64,000 bases of DNA from Myxococcota bacterium (GCA_041611735.1 JBFIML010000001.1:32001-96000); one strand, 5' to 3'. Counted from the stretch's first letter, positions 30,053-41,817 are shown. The notes: generated by a model not told the origin, from the letters alone. Numbers and translations: made by a program.

Positions 30053-31125
30053 GAAGCCCTCCGCAGCGGCAGGGTGACGCGCGCGCACGTTCCCCGCCCG
30101 GGCACGCTCTCGAGCTGGAGGATCCCGCCGTGCAGGGCCACGAAGTGCCGGGCCAGGGCGAGGCCCAGGCCGCTCCCCCGGGCCTTGGTGGTGACGAAGG
30201 GCGTCGTCACGCGGGGCAGCAGCTCCGGCGCAATCCCGGCGCCGCTGTCCTCGAACTCGATCACCACGCCGGGCAGGCGCGCACCGTCCGCGGGGTCCAG
30301 GCGGTGATCGAGGCTCATGCGGGTCACGATCCGGAGTCGACCTCCCTCGGGCTCCATGGCCTCGAGCGCGTTGCGCGCAAGATTCAGGAAGACCTGGGTG
30401 AGGCGGTCCGCGTCGGCCCGCAGCTCCGGGATCGAGGGGTCGAAGCGCCGTTCGAGCTTCGTGTGCGCACCGAGCGGATCCATGGCAAGCAGATCGAGCA
30501 CGTCGTCGAGCACCCGGTGGAGATTCACCGGGCTGGGGCGCAGCGCCTCGGGCCGACCGATGGCGGAGAGATCGTCCACCAGCGTGGCGATGCGATCCAC
30601 CTCGCGCACGATCAGCTCGGCGGTCTCCCGGCTCTTCGCGTTCTCGGCGCGCGCCGCTAGCAGCTCGGCGGCCCCGCGGATCCCGCCGAGGGGGTTCTTG
30701 ACCTCGTGCGCGATGCCCGAGGCGATCCTGCCGAACTCTTCGATGCGCTCCCGTTCGCTCCAGAGCGCACGCAGGGCATTGCCGAGCGTCCGGTCGCGCA
30801 GCACGACGACCGCCCCATCGATGCGCCCGTCGGGGTCGAGCAGCGGCGCGCTGGCCACGTCGGCCACGACCGGGGCGACGAAGGGCCGCTCGATCGGCAC
30901 CTCGTTCTCCGCAGCGGAGGTGCCGGTGCGCAGGGCGCTGCGGGCCAGATGGGCCAGGCGGGGGCCGCCCGGGAGGCGCTCGAGCGGGCGCCCGGCTCCG
31001 CCCTCGCTGGAGACGCCCAGGATGCGCGAGGCCTCGGCGTTCATCTGCTCCACGCGCTCGTCGCTGCCCACGACCACGATCCCGTCGAGGACGGCATCGA
31101 GCACGTTGCGCAGATCGCGAGGCAT
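30049..31125 (-). CDS. ntrB: PAS sensor histidine kinase (NtrB-like)
   Basis: AHEVKNPLGGIRGAAELL, FDPSIP, NLARNA, PFVTTK..GSGLGL. Confidence 0.8.
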
Positions 31126-31156
31126 GGGAAGCTTCCTGAGGACCGCCCGGCAGGAC

Positions 31157-31173
31157 TGCCTAATTTTTGGGCA
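31157..31173. promoter_or_regulatory. NtrC-type binding site upstream of ntrBC
   Basis: TGCCTAATTTTTGGGCA, a 17-bp TGC-N11-GCA dyad with an AT-rich core. Confidence 0.65.
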
Positions 31174-31225
31174 ACGGTACCGGGTCCGGTTGGTCGCGTC
31201 GAGGAAGCCGACGCAGGGGGGAAGC

Positions 31226-31825
31226 ATGCGGCGGATGGCCGGGATTGGCCTGTGGGCAGGGCTCGCGCTGGTGGCCGGGGTGGCCTCGGGGCAGGGCGCA
31301 CCGGGTACGGGTACCGGGAGCGGCGGCTTTCCCTGGCCCGACGACTGGCCGGTCTGGGGACCCCGCGCGCGCCTCGGCGTCCAGGTGCAGCCCATGAGCG
31401 AGGAGCTGCGCGAGCACATGGGGGCGCCCCGCGACCGGGGCATCCTGGTGGCGCGCGTCGCCCCGGGGAGTGCCGCGGAGAAGGCGGGCCTGCGCGTGGG
31501 AGACGTGGTGCTCTCGAGCGACGGGGAGCCGGTCCGGGAACCCCACGACCTGGTCTTCGCCGTGGCCTCGGCGCCTGCCGGCTCCCAGCTAGTGCTCGAG
31601 CTGCTGCGCGAGGGCAAGAAGCAGCGCGTCTCCGCGGCACCCGAGGGCGAGCCCGCGCCCGGCCTGGACCGGGAGGCGTGGCGCGCCATGCGGGAGCGCA
31701 TGAGCCGCGGTCTCGAGCAGGGTCGCAAAGAGCTGCTGCGCCGGCTGGAGGAGCTCGAGCAGCGCCTGCGCGAGCTCGAGCAGCGCCTCGACGAGACGGC
31801 GCCGCGCGAGCAGGAGAAGACCTGA
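31226..31825 (+). CDS. Exported PDZ-domain protein with C-terminal coiled coil
   Basis: Signal peptide; RLGV, V.PGSAAEKAGLRVGDVV; LEELEQRL heptads. Confidence 0.85.
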   Translation: MRRMAGIGLWAGLALVAGVASGQGAPGTGTGSGGFPWPDDWPVWGPRARLGVQVQPMSEELREHMGAPRDRGILVARVAPGSAAEKAGLRVGDVVLSSDGEPVREPHDLVFAVASAPAGSQLVLELLREGKKQRVSAAPEGEPAPGLDREAWRAMRERMSRGLEQGRKELLRRLEELEQRLRELEQRLDETAPREQEKT

Positions 31826-31833
31826 AGCCCGGC

Positions 31834-33096
31834 TCAGGCCAGCCGACCGAGGACCTGGCGCACCGCCTCCGGATCGACGCGGCCGGTCACGCCGCCGGCG
31901 GGGGCGAAGCGCACGGCGTCGAGCGCCTGGAGCAGGTCCACGGCCTCCCGGACCGGGGCCGACAGGGGATGCGCGGTGAGAAGCTCGGGAGTCGCCCGTT
32001 CGCGTGGCGCGAGCCCATGCCGCTCCAGGGCAGAGCGCAGGGCCCCGGCCAGGGCGTCGGCCTCCCCGGTCGGGTCGCCGCGCGAGCGCGCAACCTCCGC
32101 CCGGCCCAATAGCTCCGCCTCCCGGGACGGCGCTCGTCGGGGGCGTCGGCGCCAGAGCGCTCGGGCCAGGACCGCGCCGAGGGCCAGGAGCACGGCCCCG
32201 GCCGCCAGGACCCGGCGCCACCGGCCGCCGGCGCCGCCCGGCGCAAGGCGATCCGCCCTCGCTGGCGCAAGCTCGCCGTCCTCCGCCACGGGGGCTGCGT
32301 CGCGCACCGTGAGCGCGAGGGCCGCCGTCTCCGCCACCGCGTAGTGGCCCCCGGCCGCATCGAGATAGGGCACGCGCAGCGCCGGGACCCGGAGCACCCC
32401 CGCCTTGCGGGGGACCAGGTCGAAGCGGAACGAGCGCCGCACCACGAGGCGATCGCCCGCATCCAGGCTCGACGTCGGCGGATGGGCGAAGACCTCCGCC
32501 CCTGGCAGCTCGGGCGGGTCACCCAGCGGTGGAGGGACCCGCCACACGTTGGCGGGCCCCCAGATCGTCACCGTGAAGGGCACCGACTCGCCCAGGGAGA
32601 CCGCGCGGCGCGTCAGCGAGGCGCGCACCTCCACGGCGCCCACGATGCCCGCGAAGCCAGGCGGGCGACCGTGCTCCGGAAGCGCCTGCACGTCGAGGAC
32701 CGCCTCGGGCACCTGGAAGGACGTCTCCCCGTCCTCGGTGACGCAGGCCATGCGCGCGCGCGGCGTGGTCAGGCGACCCGCTCGCGCCGGAAACAGGGCT
32801 CGTCTCTCCTCGAAGACCAGCCGGTGCGCTCCGATGCCGGAGATGCGCGGGTCGGGCGAGCGGCCGGGCAGCCACTCGGCGCGCAGCGAGCGGAAGTCGA
32901 GGGGGTCGATCCAGCGCACGTCCGCCACGTCCGCCCGGCGCAGGATGCGCAGCCGGTAGGTCACCTGCTGGCCCACGAAGGCCCGCAGCGGTTCGAGCTC
33001 GACGACGGCCTGGCAGGCCGCCGGCTCGGTCCCCCGGGCCGGCGCCGCCGCCACGGCCGCGAGCCCGAGCACGAGCGCGCGCACTCCGGTCCTCAC
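31834..33096 (-). CDS. BatD-like protein
   Basis: Signal peptide, FVGQQV, F.G.VG, C-terminal TM; last gene of the MoxR/VWA operon. Confidence 0.7.
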   Translation of the reverse strand: MRTGVRALVLGLAAVAAAPARGTEPAACQAVVELEPLRAFVGQQVTYRLRILRRADVADVRWIDPLDFRSLRAEWLPGRSPDPRISGIGAHRLVFEERRALFPARAGRLTTPRARMACVTEDGETSFQVPEAVLDVQALPEHGRPPGFAGIVGAVEVRASLTRRAVSLGESVPFTVTIWGPANVWRVPPPLGDPPELPGAEVFAHPPTSSLDAGDRLVVRRSFRFDLVPRKAGVLRVPALRVPYLDAAGGHYAVAETAALALTVRDAAPVAEDGELAPARADRLAPGGAGGRWRRVLAAGAVLLALGAVLARALWRRRPRRAPSREAELLGRAEVARSRGDPTGEADALAGALRSALERHGLAPRERATPELLTAHPLSAPVREAVDLLQALDAVRFAPAGGVTGRVDPEAVRQVLGRLA

Positions 33097-34688
33097 CAGC
33101 CGGCGGGTCGCTGCGCCGCCGGTTGCTCCGGGAGCGTCCGGGCGGTGCGTCGGAGACCGCGCGCCGGGTCGTCCTCCACCGCCGCCAGCCAGCGCTTCAG
33201 CTCCTCGGCATCGAAGGCCGGGAGCTGCGGGTCCGGAGCCCGTCCCGGTGCCTCCGTGCGGGGCGGCTCGGACCCCTGCTCGGCCGCGGCCCGATCCGTC
33301 GCGAAAGGCACTTCAGTCGGCGCAGGCTGCTCCTCGAGCAGCTCCTCCTCGGTGGCTTCGTCGGTCTGGGCGGCGAGAGCGCGCAGCGTCCACTCCAGGT
33401 TGAAGCGTGCCGCGGCGTCCCGGGGTGCCAGGGCCAGGGCGTCGAAGAAGGCATCGCGGGCCTCCTCGAGCGCGCCGGTCTCCAGCAGAGCCACGCCGAG
33501 GTCGTAGTAGGCCAGGGCCGCGCGGTGCTCGGAGCGCGCGGTGAGGGCGGCAGCCAGGAACTTCCGCTGCGCCTCCTCCCAGCGACCGGCGTGGGCATGC
33601 CCCAGACCGAGTTCGAGGAGCACCCGCGCGCGCGGGTCCGCCGCGCCCGGGTCCGCGCCAGCCAGCGGCACCAGGACCAGGGCGAGCGCGGTCAGGGCCA
33701 CGCCACGCCGGGCGAGACGGCGATCCCGGAAGGGGCCCGCGAGCTCCAGGGCGAGCAGCGCCAGGGCCGCCGCCGCGAAGGGCGCCACCGGTCGGGCGGG
33801 AACCCGGCGCTCCACCACCTCCCCCGGCCGGGCGCCCGCGTCCCGCCGGATCTCGGCCACGCTGCGCTCGAGATCCACCACGCCCCAGGCGTCTGCCGCG
33901 AGGACGGCTCCCCCGGTTTTAGCGGCCAGCCGTCCGAGGCGAGCCAGGTCGCGTCGGGACACGACGACCTGCCCGGCACGGTCCCGGAGCGGGACCCCGG
34001 CGTCGGGAACCGGTGCGCCCGCCTCGCTACCGAAGGCGAGGGCGATCACGCGCGTCCGCGCCTGCGCGGCGTCCGCGATGCCGAGGTCCGAGGCATGGGC
34101 GGGATCCTCTCCGTCGCTCAGCACCACCAGGACGCGGGGCCGCTCGCTGTCCGGTCGGAAGGCGGCAACCCCCGCCCGAACCCCGTCCGCGAGATTCGAG
34201 CCGCCAGAGGGCATGAGCTCCGGATCCAGGGCCGGGAGCATCTCCAGCAAGGCGCCCCGGTCGGGAGTCAGGGGGGTGAGCAGAACCCCCCGGGTGGCGA
34301 AGGCCGCCAATGCGGCGCGATCGCCGGGGCGCAGGTGCCGCAGGACGTCCTCGGCCGCGCGCCGGGCGCGGGCCAGCCGGGTGGGCGGGACGTCGGCCGC
34401 CTCCATGCTGCGCGAGACGTCCAGGAGCAGCACCACGTCGGCCCCGGATGCGGGCACCCGAAGCGTGCGCTCCCCCATGCGCGGACCGAGCCAGGCCACG
34501 GCCAGCAGCGCGAGGGCGGCGACCGGGATGAGGTCCCGCACCAGGGAGGACGGACCCGGCAGGGTGGTCCCGAGCAGGTTGCGAGCGCGCCGGCGGGCGA
34601 GGAGCCAGCCGCCGAGCACCCAGATCGCGGCCAGGGCCACGGCGACTGCACACGGCACCAGCCACTCGGGGCGTGCCAGGTCGCTCAT
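33093..34688 (-). CDS. VWA + TPR protein (BatB/BatC-like fusion)
   Basis: DVSRSM MIDAS, PLTPD, LSDGED; TPR YYDLGVAL..ARFNLE. Confidence 0.85.
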   Translation of the reverse strand: MSDLARPEWLVPCAVAVALAAIWVLGGWLLARRRARNLLGTTLPGPSSLVRDLIPVAALALLAVAWLGPRMGERTLRVPASGADVVLLLDVSRSMEAADVPPTRLARARRAAEDVLRHLRPGDRAALAAFATRGVLLTPLTPDRGALLEMLPALDPELMPSGGSNLADGVRAGVAAFRPDSERPRVLVVLSDGEDPAHASDLGIADAAQARTRVIALAFGSEAGAPVPDAGVPLRDRAGQVVVSRRDLARLGRLAAKTGGAVLAADAWGVVDLERSVAEIRRDAGARPGEVVERRVPARPVAPFAAAALALLALELAGPFRDRRLARRGVALTALALVLVPLAGADPGAADPRARVLLELGLGHAHAGRWEEAQRKFLAAALTARSEHRAALAYYDLGVALLETGALEEARDAFFDALALAPRDAAARFNLEWTLRALAAQTDEATEEELLEEQPAPTEVPFATDRAAAEQGSEPPRTEAPGRAPDPQLPAFDAEELKRWLAAVEDDPARGLRRTARTLPEQPAAQRPAGW

Positions 34689-35752
34689 GGGAGCCGCCTT
34701 CGCGGCCCTCGCAAGGTCGCCAGCTCGACGACCACCAGCAGGCCCGCCAGGGCCAGCCAGGGCTCCAGCCGCGCCTCCCGTCGCTCGGCGGGGCGCAAGC
34801 GGCGGGGGACGCGCTCCAAGGCGTCTATCTCCGCGTACACCGCCTCCAGGTCGCGGCTGCGTCGCGCCAGGAAGAAGCGGCCTCCGCTGGCGCCGGCCAG
34901 CAGACGCAGGGCATCGGCGTCGAGGTCGTGGCGTTCGAGCCGGACCGCCTGGCTCGCAGCGCCGCCGGCGCGTCCCACGGCCACCTCGCCCTCGGAGCCG
35001 ATGCCCACCGTGTGCACCCGCACGCGCGCAGCTCGCGTCAGGGCAGCGGCCACGTCGAGCGGCACCGCCCCGGCGTTGCTGCGACCGTCGCTCAGCACCA
35101 CGACCACGCGACCTGCGCTCGGGCGGGGCGGAGCGTCCGGATCGGTCGCGCCCCCCACGCGGCGCACGGCGAGGGCGAGGGCGTCGCCGAGCGCCGTCGC
35201 CTCCCCGGCCATCCCCGCCTCGATGCGCTCGAGCGCCGCGGCCAGCAGCTCCCCGTCGCTGGTGAGGGGGCACTGGGTGAACGCGTGCTGTCCGAACACC
35301 ACGAGTCCCACCCGGTCTCCCTCCGCCACACGATGGCGGGCGAAGCGCGCCACGACCTCCCGGGCGAGATCGAGGCGCGTTCGCCAGAGCCCCGCCACCT
35401 CCGCATCGATGGCACGCATGCTCCCGGACGCGTCGACGACGAGCACCAGGTCGAGCCCTTCGCCCGGGGAGCGGGGCGCCGAGTGAAGCACCACCGGGCC
35501 GGCCAGGGCGAGTCCCAGGAGCGCCAGCGCTCCGGTCCGCAGCACCAGCCCGAGCAGGCGCAGTGCGTCGCGGGGGGCGCCGCCTGCCGAGCGCGCCTCG
35601 GGCCAGGCCGGCCAGGGCAGCGCTGGCGGCGTGCGCCGCAGTGCGGCGAGCCCGGCGACGACGGCGATCGCCAGGCCGAGCCCCACCCACGCCGGCTGCT
35701 CCAGGGCGTCGAAAGCGAGCCAGCCGCGCAGCGATGCCAGCGCGTCGCTCAC
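34685..35752 (-). CDS. VWA-domain protein (BatA-like)
   Basis: DASGSM, CPLTSD, TALGDAL, LSDG.SNAG, VHTVGIG. Confidence 0.88.
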   Translation of the reverse strand: MSDALASLRGWLAFDALEQPAWVGLGLAIAVVAGLAALRRTPPALPWPAWPEARSAGGAPRDALRLLGLVLRTGALALLGLALAGPVVLHSAPRSPGEGLDLVLVVDASGSMRAIDAEVAGLWRTRLDLAREVVARFARHRVAEGDRVGLVVFGQHAFTQCPLTSDGELLAAALERIEAGMAGEATALGDALALAVRRVGGATDPDAPPRPSAGRVVVVLSDGRSNAGAVPLDVAAALTRAARVRVHTVGIGSEGEVAVGRAGGAASQAVRLERHDLDADALRLLAGASGGRFFLARRSRDLEAVYAEIDALERVPRRLRPAERREARLEPWLALAGLLVVVELATLRGPRRRLP

Positions 35753-36717
35753 GGGTGCACCTCCTGGGGCCTGGTCTCCCGGGCGAAGCGCGCCGCTGCG
35801 TCGATCGCCTGGCGAGCCCGGCGCTCCGCCCGAGGATCCGTCTCCACGGCCTCCGGGGCCCGGAAGCGGGCCCGGTCGAGCTCGCGCAGGACTTCCACCA
35901 GACCCTGCCAGCGGGTGGCCAGGACCCTCGGAGTCCGGGCCGCGGCCAGCTCCTCGGTGGTGTGGGCGCCGAGTTCGAGCCCGAAGCGGCACACCACGTA
36001 ACGGCGCAGGACGACGGCCGTGTCCGCGGCGGCCTGCGCCGGCTCGCGAGCTCCCCGCTGGCAGGCGGCGTCGAGATCGGCGCAGGCCTCGCGCCAGGCG
36101 GAGACCGGGTCCGCAGCCTGCGTCGACGCCTCGTGCCTCGCGGTGTGAACCAGGCCGGAGCGACGCCAGCGGGCCACCGCCGCCACGGCGGCGAGTGCGA
36201 GGAGGGCGCCTCCCGCGGCTGCTCCGGCGAGCGGGCGCCAGCCCGCCGGCGCGGGCAGCTCCCGCAGCGGGTAGGGCGTCTGGCGAGGCGGTGACTCCGC
36301 CTGGGACGTCACCACTCGCAGCGCGACCGGCTCGGTCACGAGGGTCGTGTGCACTTCCTCGGGTCCCTCCACCTGGATGCGCAGGGCCGGCCACTGGAAC
36401 TCCCCCAACTCCTGGGTGCGGATGCGGATCCCGGCGCGGTGCAGCCAACGTTCGGGCCGGCGCTCGAGCACCGGGGCTTCCCAGTCGAGCACCCAGATGC
36501 CGGGCACCGCCCGCGGCGGCACGAGAGGCGCCACCTGATGGTCCGGCGGCGTCACCACCGCCACCTCGAGGCGCGCCACCTGACCGAGCAGCAGGGTCGA
36601 GGGCTCGAGCACCACCGTGGCGCGCGGCAGGGGAGCCACCACCTCGTCGCTCGGGGGTGCGGGCGGGCCACAGCCCGCCAGGAGCAGCCCCGCGCCCAGC
36701 GGGATCCACGCCCTCAT
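35749..36717 (-). CDS. Bat-operon membrane lipoprotein (DUF4381-like)
   Basis: LLAGC lipobox, one TM, LRRY....F....TTEE. Confidence 0.65.
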   Translation of the reverse strand: MRAWIPLGAGLLLAGCGPPAPPSDEVVAPLPRATVVLEPSTLLLGQVARLEVAVVTPPDHQVAPLVPPRAVPGIWVLDWEAPVLERRPERWLHRAGIRIRTQELGEFQWPALRIQVEGPEEVHTTLVTEPVALRVVTSQAESPPRQTPYPLRELPAPAGWRPLAGAAAGGALLALAAVAAVARWRRSGLVHTARHEASTQAADPVSAWREACADLDAACQRGAREPAQAAADTAVVLRRYVVCRFGLELGAHTTEELAAARTPRVLATRWQGLVEVLRELDRARFRAPEAVETDPRAERRARQAIDAAARFARETRPQEVHP

Positions 36718-37661
36718 CGGGCCCGTCTCGGCGTCAGGGCTGCGCGTTCGCGGAAGAAGTGCGTCAAGGCATGCAGCGGTTCCGAGCGGGTGGACATCCA
36801 GAGCGGCTCGACGCCGTGGCTGCGCAGGAGGCGGTCGAGGGTGCGGTGACGCTCGAGCGCCGCCGCGGCGTAACGCTCCCGCGCCGCGCGGCCGGTGGCC
36901 AGCACGAGCCGCCGCCGCGGCCGCTCTGGATCCGCCAGGCGCACGACGCCCGCTGGCGGGAGCGCCCGCTCGCGCGGATCCTCGGGCACCACGGCCACCA
37001 CGTCGTGCCGGCGTGCGAGCGCCGCCAGGCGGGCGCGCAGTCGCTGCGCTGCTGGTTCGGTCCCCGTTACGGACTCGTCGCGCAGGTCCGAGATCAGCAC
37101 GAAGACCGCGTGTCGTCGCGCCCGAACGCGCGCCCACTCGAGCACCGGTGCCAGACGCGTCCCCCCGCCGCTGGCGGCTGCGGCGGCCACGGCGGCCCGA
37201 ATGACGCGCCAGGTGTGCGCCTCGCCTCGGCCGGGGCGCACCTCGGCGACCGGGGCGTCCGCGAAGGCCAGCAGCCCGATCCGGTCTCCGGCGCGCCCCG
37301 CCGCCGCGGCCAGCAGGGCCACGGCGTGGGCCGCCCGTGCCGCCTTGCTGCGCCCGGCGCTGCCGAAGCGCATGGAAGCGGAGGCATCCATGGCGATCAG
37401 CACGGTCTGGGAGCGCTCCTCGCGAAAGCGCTTCACCCAGGGCTCGCCGGTGCGGGCGGTGGCGTTCCAGTCCAGGAAACGCACGTCGTCCCCGGGTGCG
37501 TAGGGACGCGACTCCTCGAACTCGATGCCGCCGCCGCGGAAAGCGCTGGTGTAACCGCCCGCCAGCAGGTTCGTGGCCTCGCGCCGGCTCCGCACGCGCA
37601 GCACCCTCGCCGCGCGCGCGATCTCCCGCAGCGAGACGTCGGGCAGGGGGGTCGGATCCAT
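36714..37661 (-). CDS. DUF58 protein
   Basis: G.EF.E.R.Y.PGDDVR..DWN.TAR, D.S.SM.FG, ISD. Confidence 0.92.
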   Translation of the reverse strand: MDPTPLPDVSLREIARAARVLRVRSRREATNLLAGGYTSAFRGGGIEFEESRPYAPGDDVRFLDWNATARTGEPWVKRFREERSQTVLIAMDASASMRFGSAGRSKAARAAHAVALLAAAAGRAGDRIGLLAFADAPVAEVRPGRGEAHTWRVIRAAVAAAAASGGGTRLAPVLEWARVRARRHAVFVLISDLRDESVTGTEPAAQRLRARLAALARRHDVVAVVPEDPRERALPPAGVVRLADPERPRRRLVLATGRAARERYAAAALERHRTLDRLLRSHGVEPLWMSTRSEPLHALTHFFRERAALTPRRAR

Positions 37662-37670
37662 GGAAGCTTC

Positions 37671-38639
37671 CTAGGGCGTCTCGACCGCGGCCAGCACGGC
37701 TTTCACCACGTCATCCGGGCGCAAGCCGTCCGCCTCCGCCTCGTACCCGAGCAGGACGCGGTGGCGGAGCACGTCGGGCGCCACGCGCTTCACATCGTGG
37801 GGGTTCGCGTAGTCCCGTTCGTCCAGGAGCGCCCGGGCCCGTGCGGCACGCACCAGGAAGAGCGAGGCCCGGGGAGACGCCCCGGTGGCCACCGGGGCCG
37901 CTCCCGCCTCGAGACGCGCCAGCCGGGCCCCCGCCTTCAGCGGGTCCCGGGTGGCCCGCACCAGACGCACCGCGTAGTCGGCGACGGCCGGCGCCACGTA
38001 CACGCGGGCCGTGCGCTCCTGCAGCGCGACCATCCGCTCGGCGTCGGTCACCGGCTGCACGTGCGTTGGTCCCGCGGCGTCGCGATCCACGATCTCGAGC
38101 TCCTCCTCCAGGGAGGGATAGTTCACCACGAGCTTGAGCAGGAAGCGGTCGATCTGGGCCTCCGGCAGCGGATAGGTCCCCTCCAGCTCGATCGGGTTCT
38201 GGGTGGCCATCACGAAGAAGGGGCGCGGCAGCGGGAAGGTCTCGTCACCGATGGTGGCCTGCCGCTCCTCCATGGCCTCGAGCAGGGCCGACTGCACCTT
38301 GGCCGGCGCGCGATTGATCTCGTCCGCCAGCAGCACCGGGGTGAAGATCGGGCCCCGGTGCACCGCGAAGCGGCGCTCGTCGGGCAGGTAGATCGGGGTC
38401 CCGAGCAGGTCGCCGGGCAACAGATCCGGTGTGAACTGGATGCGCCGGAAGCCGAGCCCGAGGGCCTCGGCGAGGGTACGCACGGCAGTGGTCTTGGCGA
38501 GCCCTGGCACCCCCTCCACGAGCACGTGTCCCCCGGACAGCAGGCCGATCAGGAGCCCCTCCAGCAGGTCGCGCTGACCCACCAGGACACGGCCCACCTC
38601 GTCCAGCAGACGCTTCACGGTCGCCTCGTCGGCGCTCAT
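37671..38639 (-). CDS. moxR: MoxR-family AAA+ ATPase
   Basis: [39 protein letters not shown]. Confidence 0.95.
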   Translation of the reverse strand: MSADEATVKRLLDEVGRVLVGQRDLLEGLLIGLLSGGHVLVEGVPGLAKTTAVRTLAEALGLGFRRIQFTPDLLPGDLLGTPIYLPDERRFAVHRGPIFTPVLLADEINRAPAKVQSALLEAMEERQATIGDETFPLPRPFFVMATQNPIELEGTYPLPEAQIDRFLLKLVVNYPSLEEELEIVDRDAAGPTHVQPVTDAERMVALQERTARVYVAPAVADYAVRLVRATRDPLKAGARLARLEAGAAPVATGASPRASLFLVRAARARALLDERDYANPHDVKRVAPDVLRHRVLLGYEAEADGLRPDDVVKAVLAAVETP

Positions 38640-39142
38640 GGTCCGGCGCTCCGGCGCCGGCGGGCGACCCGCTCCAGCAAGGCGGTGGTTCGCACCCCCG
38701 GCACCTGACGCAGCCGTACGACGCGGCCGCCCCGCTTCTCCACCTGCTCGCGCCCCACGATGGCGTCGAGGCGCCAGTCGCCGCCCTTGGCCAGCACGTC
38801 CGGCTGCAGCGCGCGGATCAGGGCCAGCGGAGTCGACTCGGGAAACACGACGACCCAGTCCACGCAGCTCAATGCCGCCAGCACCTCGGCGCGCTGACGC
38901 GCGGGCACCAGCGGACGCTCGGGCCCCTTGAGACGCCGCACGCTGGCGTCGCTGTTGACCGCCACCAGCAGGCGGTCGCCCAGGGAGCGGGCCTGCTCGA
39001 GGCTGCGCACGTGACCCAGGTGGAGCAGATCGAAGCAGCCGTTGGTGAACACGATGCGCTCGCCGCGGCGCCGGGCAGCGCGGACGGCCCGCCGCGCGGC
39101 GGTTCGTGAGAGCACGCGGCTTCGGGCCGGGGCCCGCGTCAC
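38636..39142 (-). CDS. rfaE2: D-glycero-beta-D-manno-heptose 1-phosphate adenylyltransferase
   Basis: [28 protein letters not shown]. Confidence 0.92.
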   Translation of the reverse strand: MTRAPARSRVLSRTAARRAVRAARRRGERIVFTNGCFDLLHLGHVRSLEQARSLGDRLLVAVNSDASVRRLKGPERPLVPARQRAEVLAALSCVDWVVVFPESTPLALIRALQPDVLAKGGDWRLDAIVGREQVEKRGGRVVRLRQVPGVRTTALLERVARRRRSAGP

Positions 39143-41817
39143 GAGGGGCCGCCGCCGGAGCGCAGCAGTCCGCCCACGAGACCCTGGATGCGGTCGAGCC
39201 CGCCGCGCACGAAGGAGGGCACCCCCTCCAGGAGCAGGCTCGCGGGGCCAGTGGCCAGGGACTTGGAGGCGATCAGGTTCGCCTGGGGCGACTCCCAGGG
39301 TCCGGTGAGCGCGAAGTAGCCCGAGACCAGGTTCTGGTCGGGGCCGAGCAGCAGCCGGTTCAGGACCGGAACCTTCCCGATCATCGTATCCAGTATGGGG
39401 AAGAAGAAGATGCCCACCACGGCCTCCATCTCGTGCGGCGGCTCGACCACGTCCACGCGCCCGGTCGCCACCATGCGAAGCGCTGGTCCGTCCAGGGTGA
39501 GCGAATCGGCTTCGAGCCGCCCTCCCGCCAGGCGCAACTCCGCATCGAGGGCCTCGTAGGGCAGCGTCTCCCGGGCCTGGAAAGGGTTCACCGCCTCGCC
39601 CGCCGTCGCAATCGCGATCACCGCCGGCAGGCGGCGGCGCACCTCCCCATTGCGCGCGTGAAAGGAGATCGGCCCTTCCGCGCCCTCGAGCAGCTTGCGA
39701 CCGGCAACCAGCCCCCCGCGCAGATAGGCGCCCCCCACCACCTGGCCCGTGACCCCGTCGGGCGGCAGCTTCAGCCCCTCGGCCAGGGCGACGATGGGAG
39801 CGCCCTGCACCTGGAGGCGGACCTCGAAGGGCACTCGGCTCGCCTCCGAGAGGTCGAGCAGCAGGTCGCCCTCGGCGAGTCCCTCCGGTGCCAGGGTGAG
39901 GCGTGCGTCGTGCAGCTCGAGGCGGGACGCGGAGCCGCGGAAGCGGCCCTCGAGCTGCCGCACCGGGAAGCCGCCGAGGCTCTGCAGCTGCGCCACCACG
40001 CGTCCCCGTCCCCAGACCGAGCGCTCGTGGACCGCGCGGGGCGCGCCGTCCGGAGCCGCAGCCTCCAGGGTGACGGCCACGCGTCCGGGAGCGGCGCCGC
40101 CGATGCTTCCCTGACCCTGCACGGGGATCCCCCCCCAGCGCGCCTGCGCCAGGCGCACCGACACTCCGGCCTCGGCCGGCTCGATGCGTGCCCGCAGGTC
40201 GGAGAGTGGCCAGGGCAGCGCCGGGTGGTCGAGCCACTCCGCATCGACGTCCACGTGGGACCAGCTCGGACTGCTGCCGGGTCGGCGCTGGGCGGCGATC
40301 CAGTCCCACAGCGGCTTCCGGCCCGGGAGGGGGGAGCGGGCGGGTGCGGTCTTGGGGCGCCGAGCGCCTCGCAGGTGCTCGAGCCCGACCACCCGCAGGT
40401 CGAGGCGCGGCAGCGGGCTGCCGGCCAGCACCCCCACCGCGTCTCGGATCTCCAGGCGCTGCGGGTTCCACGCCAGCCCTCCGGAGAGGTCGGTGAGGGT
40501 GCTCCCGCCCGGAAGCCGCAAGGTGGCGCCGACCAGCTCGAGTTCGATGCCGAGCCCGGCCGGCCAGGCGAGCGGGTCTCCCGCAAGGCGGCGCCAGTCG
40601 GCCAGTGACGCGCCGCGGCAGACCATCGTCAGGGACGCCACGCGACCCGCGTCGAGGCCCGCCGCCACGTCCCCCAGCGCATTGGATCCGGCCGGCAGGA
40701 GCGACTCCACCAGGGAACCCGCACGGGCCAGGGAGAGGTCGCGCCCGTCGAGGACGAAGTCCGTGCGCGATGCCTCGCCAAGCGGAAGTCCCAGGGAGCC
40801 CCGGGCGCGCAGTTCTCCGCCACCGGTCGCCAGCCGCAGTCGGGTGATGCCCAAGCGCTCCGGCTCCGCCCGGGCATCCAGCTCGAGGCGCGCCGTCCGG
40901 GTTCGGAGCCGCAGGGGTCGATCTCCGGGCGCCGCGTCCAGCTCCAGGGGCCGCGCCTCCAGCTCGACCGCCAGGCGCTGCTCGGACTCCGCGTGGGAGC
41001 TCCAGCGCAGCCAGCCGTTCGCCCGGCCCGTGACGCGACGGAGCGGGACCCAGCGGGCGGCGAGCTGCTGGAGCACCGCCAGGTCCGCCTCCTCCAGCTC
41101 GAGCGTGAGCTCGGCGTTGCCGGAGCGGCGCAGCTCCGCCTCGACCCCCAGGTTCCCTCCCGAAGCTGCGGCCTCCCCCAGGCGGGCCTCTGCCCGCAGC
41201 CAGAGCCCACGGCCGAAGGGACGCTGTCCGAAGCGGGCGCGGACCTCGGTCAGGGCGAGCGGCTCCCGGGCCGATCGGGCGTCGGGCGCCCCGCCGAGCC
41301 AGCGCAGCTCCGCGTCCTCGATGCGGACCGACGGCACCGTGGGAGGGATCCGCAGCGCCAGCCGGGCCGCCTCTCCGAGCCACTCGCCCACCTCGGGCTG
41401 CTGCTCCACGCGCTCCGGAGTGCCGGCGAGCCGGGCCAGGGCGGGCGGAAGCCACTCTCCCGTCTCGGTCCGCGCCACCCGGACGCGGACCCCGGAAAGC
41501 TCCACCCAGCGCGGGTCGAGGCGCCCGAGGAGCAGGCTTCCCAGGTCTATGGTCACGCTGGCGCGGTCGACCTCGATCCCCGGACCCTCGGCCTCGGCTC
41601 CCGAGCGGAGGGTCCGGGCCTCCAGGCCGACGGTGGGCAGGAGGACCGGCCTCACCTGCCCCACCTCGACGGGGACGCCCAGCCACACCCCGAGCCGGGT
41701 CTCCACCTCGGAGCGCAGCCGCTCCGGGGCGAGCCGGTTCAGGACGCGGTAGCCCCCGGCCAGGACGGCCACCGCGAGCAGGACAAGGACCAGGATCAGG
41801 AGGCGGGCGCGCCGCAC
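39139..41817 (-). CDS. AsmA-like/YhdP-family protein
   Basis: N-terminal anchor, beta-rich repeats, AsmA_2-like C-terminus (G.VD...KVP.L...F.LTGPW.SP). Confidence 0.75.
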   Translation of the reverse strand: MRRARLLILVLVLLAVAVLAGGYRVLNRLAPERLRSEVETRLGVWLGVPVEVGQVRPVLLPTVGLEARTLRSGAEAEGPGIEVDRASVTIDLGSLLLGRLDPRWVELSGVRVRVARTETGEWLPPALARLAGTPERVEQQPEVGEWLGEAARLALRIPPTVPSVRIEDAELRWLGGAPDARSAREPLALTEVRARFGQRPFGRGLWLRAEARLGEAAASGGNLGVEAELRRSGNAELTLELEEADLAVLQQLAARWVPLRRVTGRANGWLRWSSHAESEQRLAVELEARPLELDAAPGDRPLRLRTRTARLELDARAEPERLGITRLRLATGGGELRARGSLGLPLGEASRTDFVLDGRDLSLARAGSLVESLLPAGSNALGDVAAGLDAGRVASLTMVCRGASLADWRRLAGDPLAWPAGLGIELELVGATLRLPGGSTLTDLSGGLAWNPQRLEIRDAVGVLAGSPLPRLDLRVVGLEHLRGARRPKTAPARSPLPGRKPLWDWIAAQRRPGSSPSWSHVDVDAEWLDHPALPWPLSDLRARIEPAEAGVSVRLAQARWGGIPVQGQGSIGGAAPGRVAVTLEAAAPDGAPRAVHERSVWGRGRVVAQLQSLGGFPVRQLEGRFRGSASRLELHDARLTLAPEGLAEGDLLLDLSEASRVPFEVRLQVQGAPIVALAEGLKLPPDGVTGQVVGGAYLRGGLVAGRKLLEGAEGPISFHARNGEVRRRLPAVIAIATAGEAVNPFQARETLPYEALDAELRLAGGRLEADSLTLDGPALRMVATGRVDVVEPPHEMEAVVGIFFFPILDTMIGKVPVLNRLLLGPDQNLVSGYFALTGPWESPQANLIASKSLATGPASLLLEGVPSFVRGGLDRIQGLVGGLLRSGGGPS

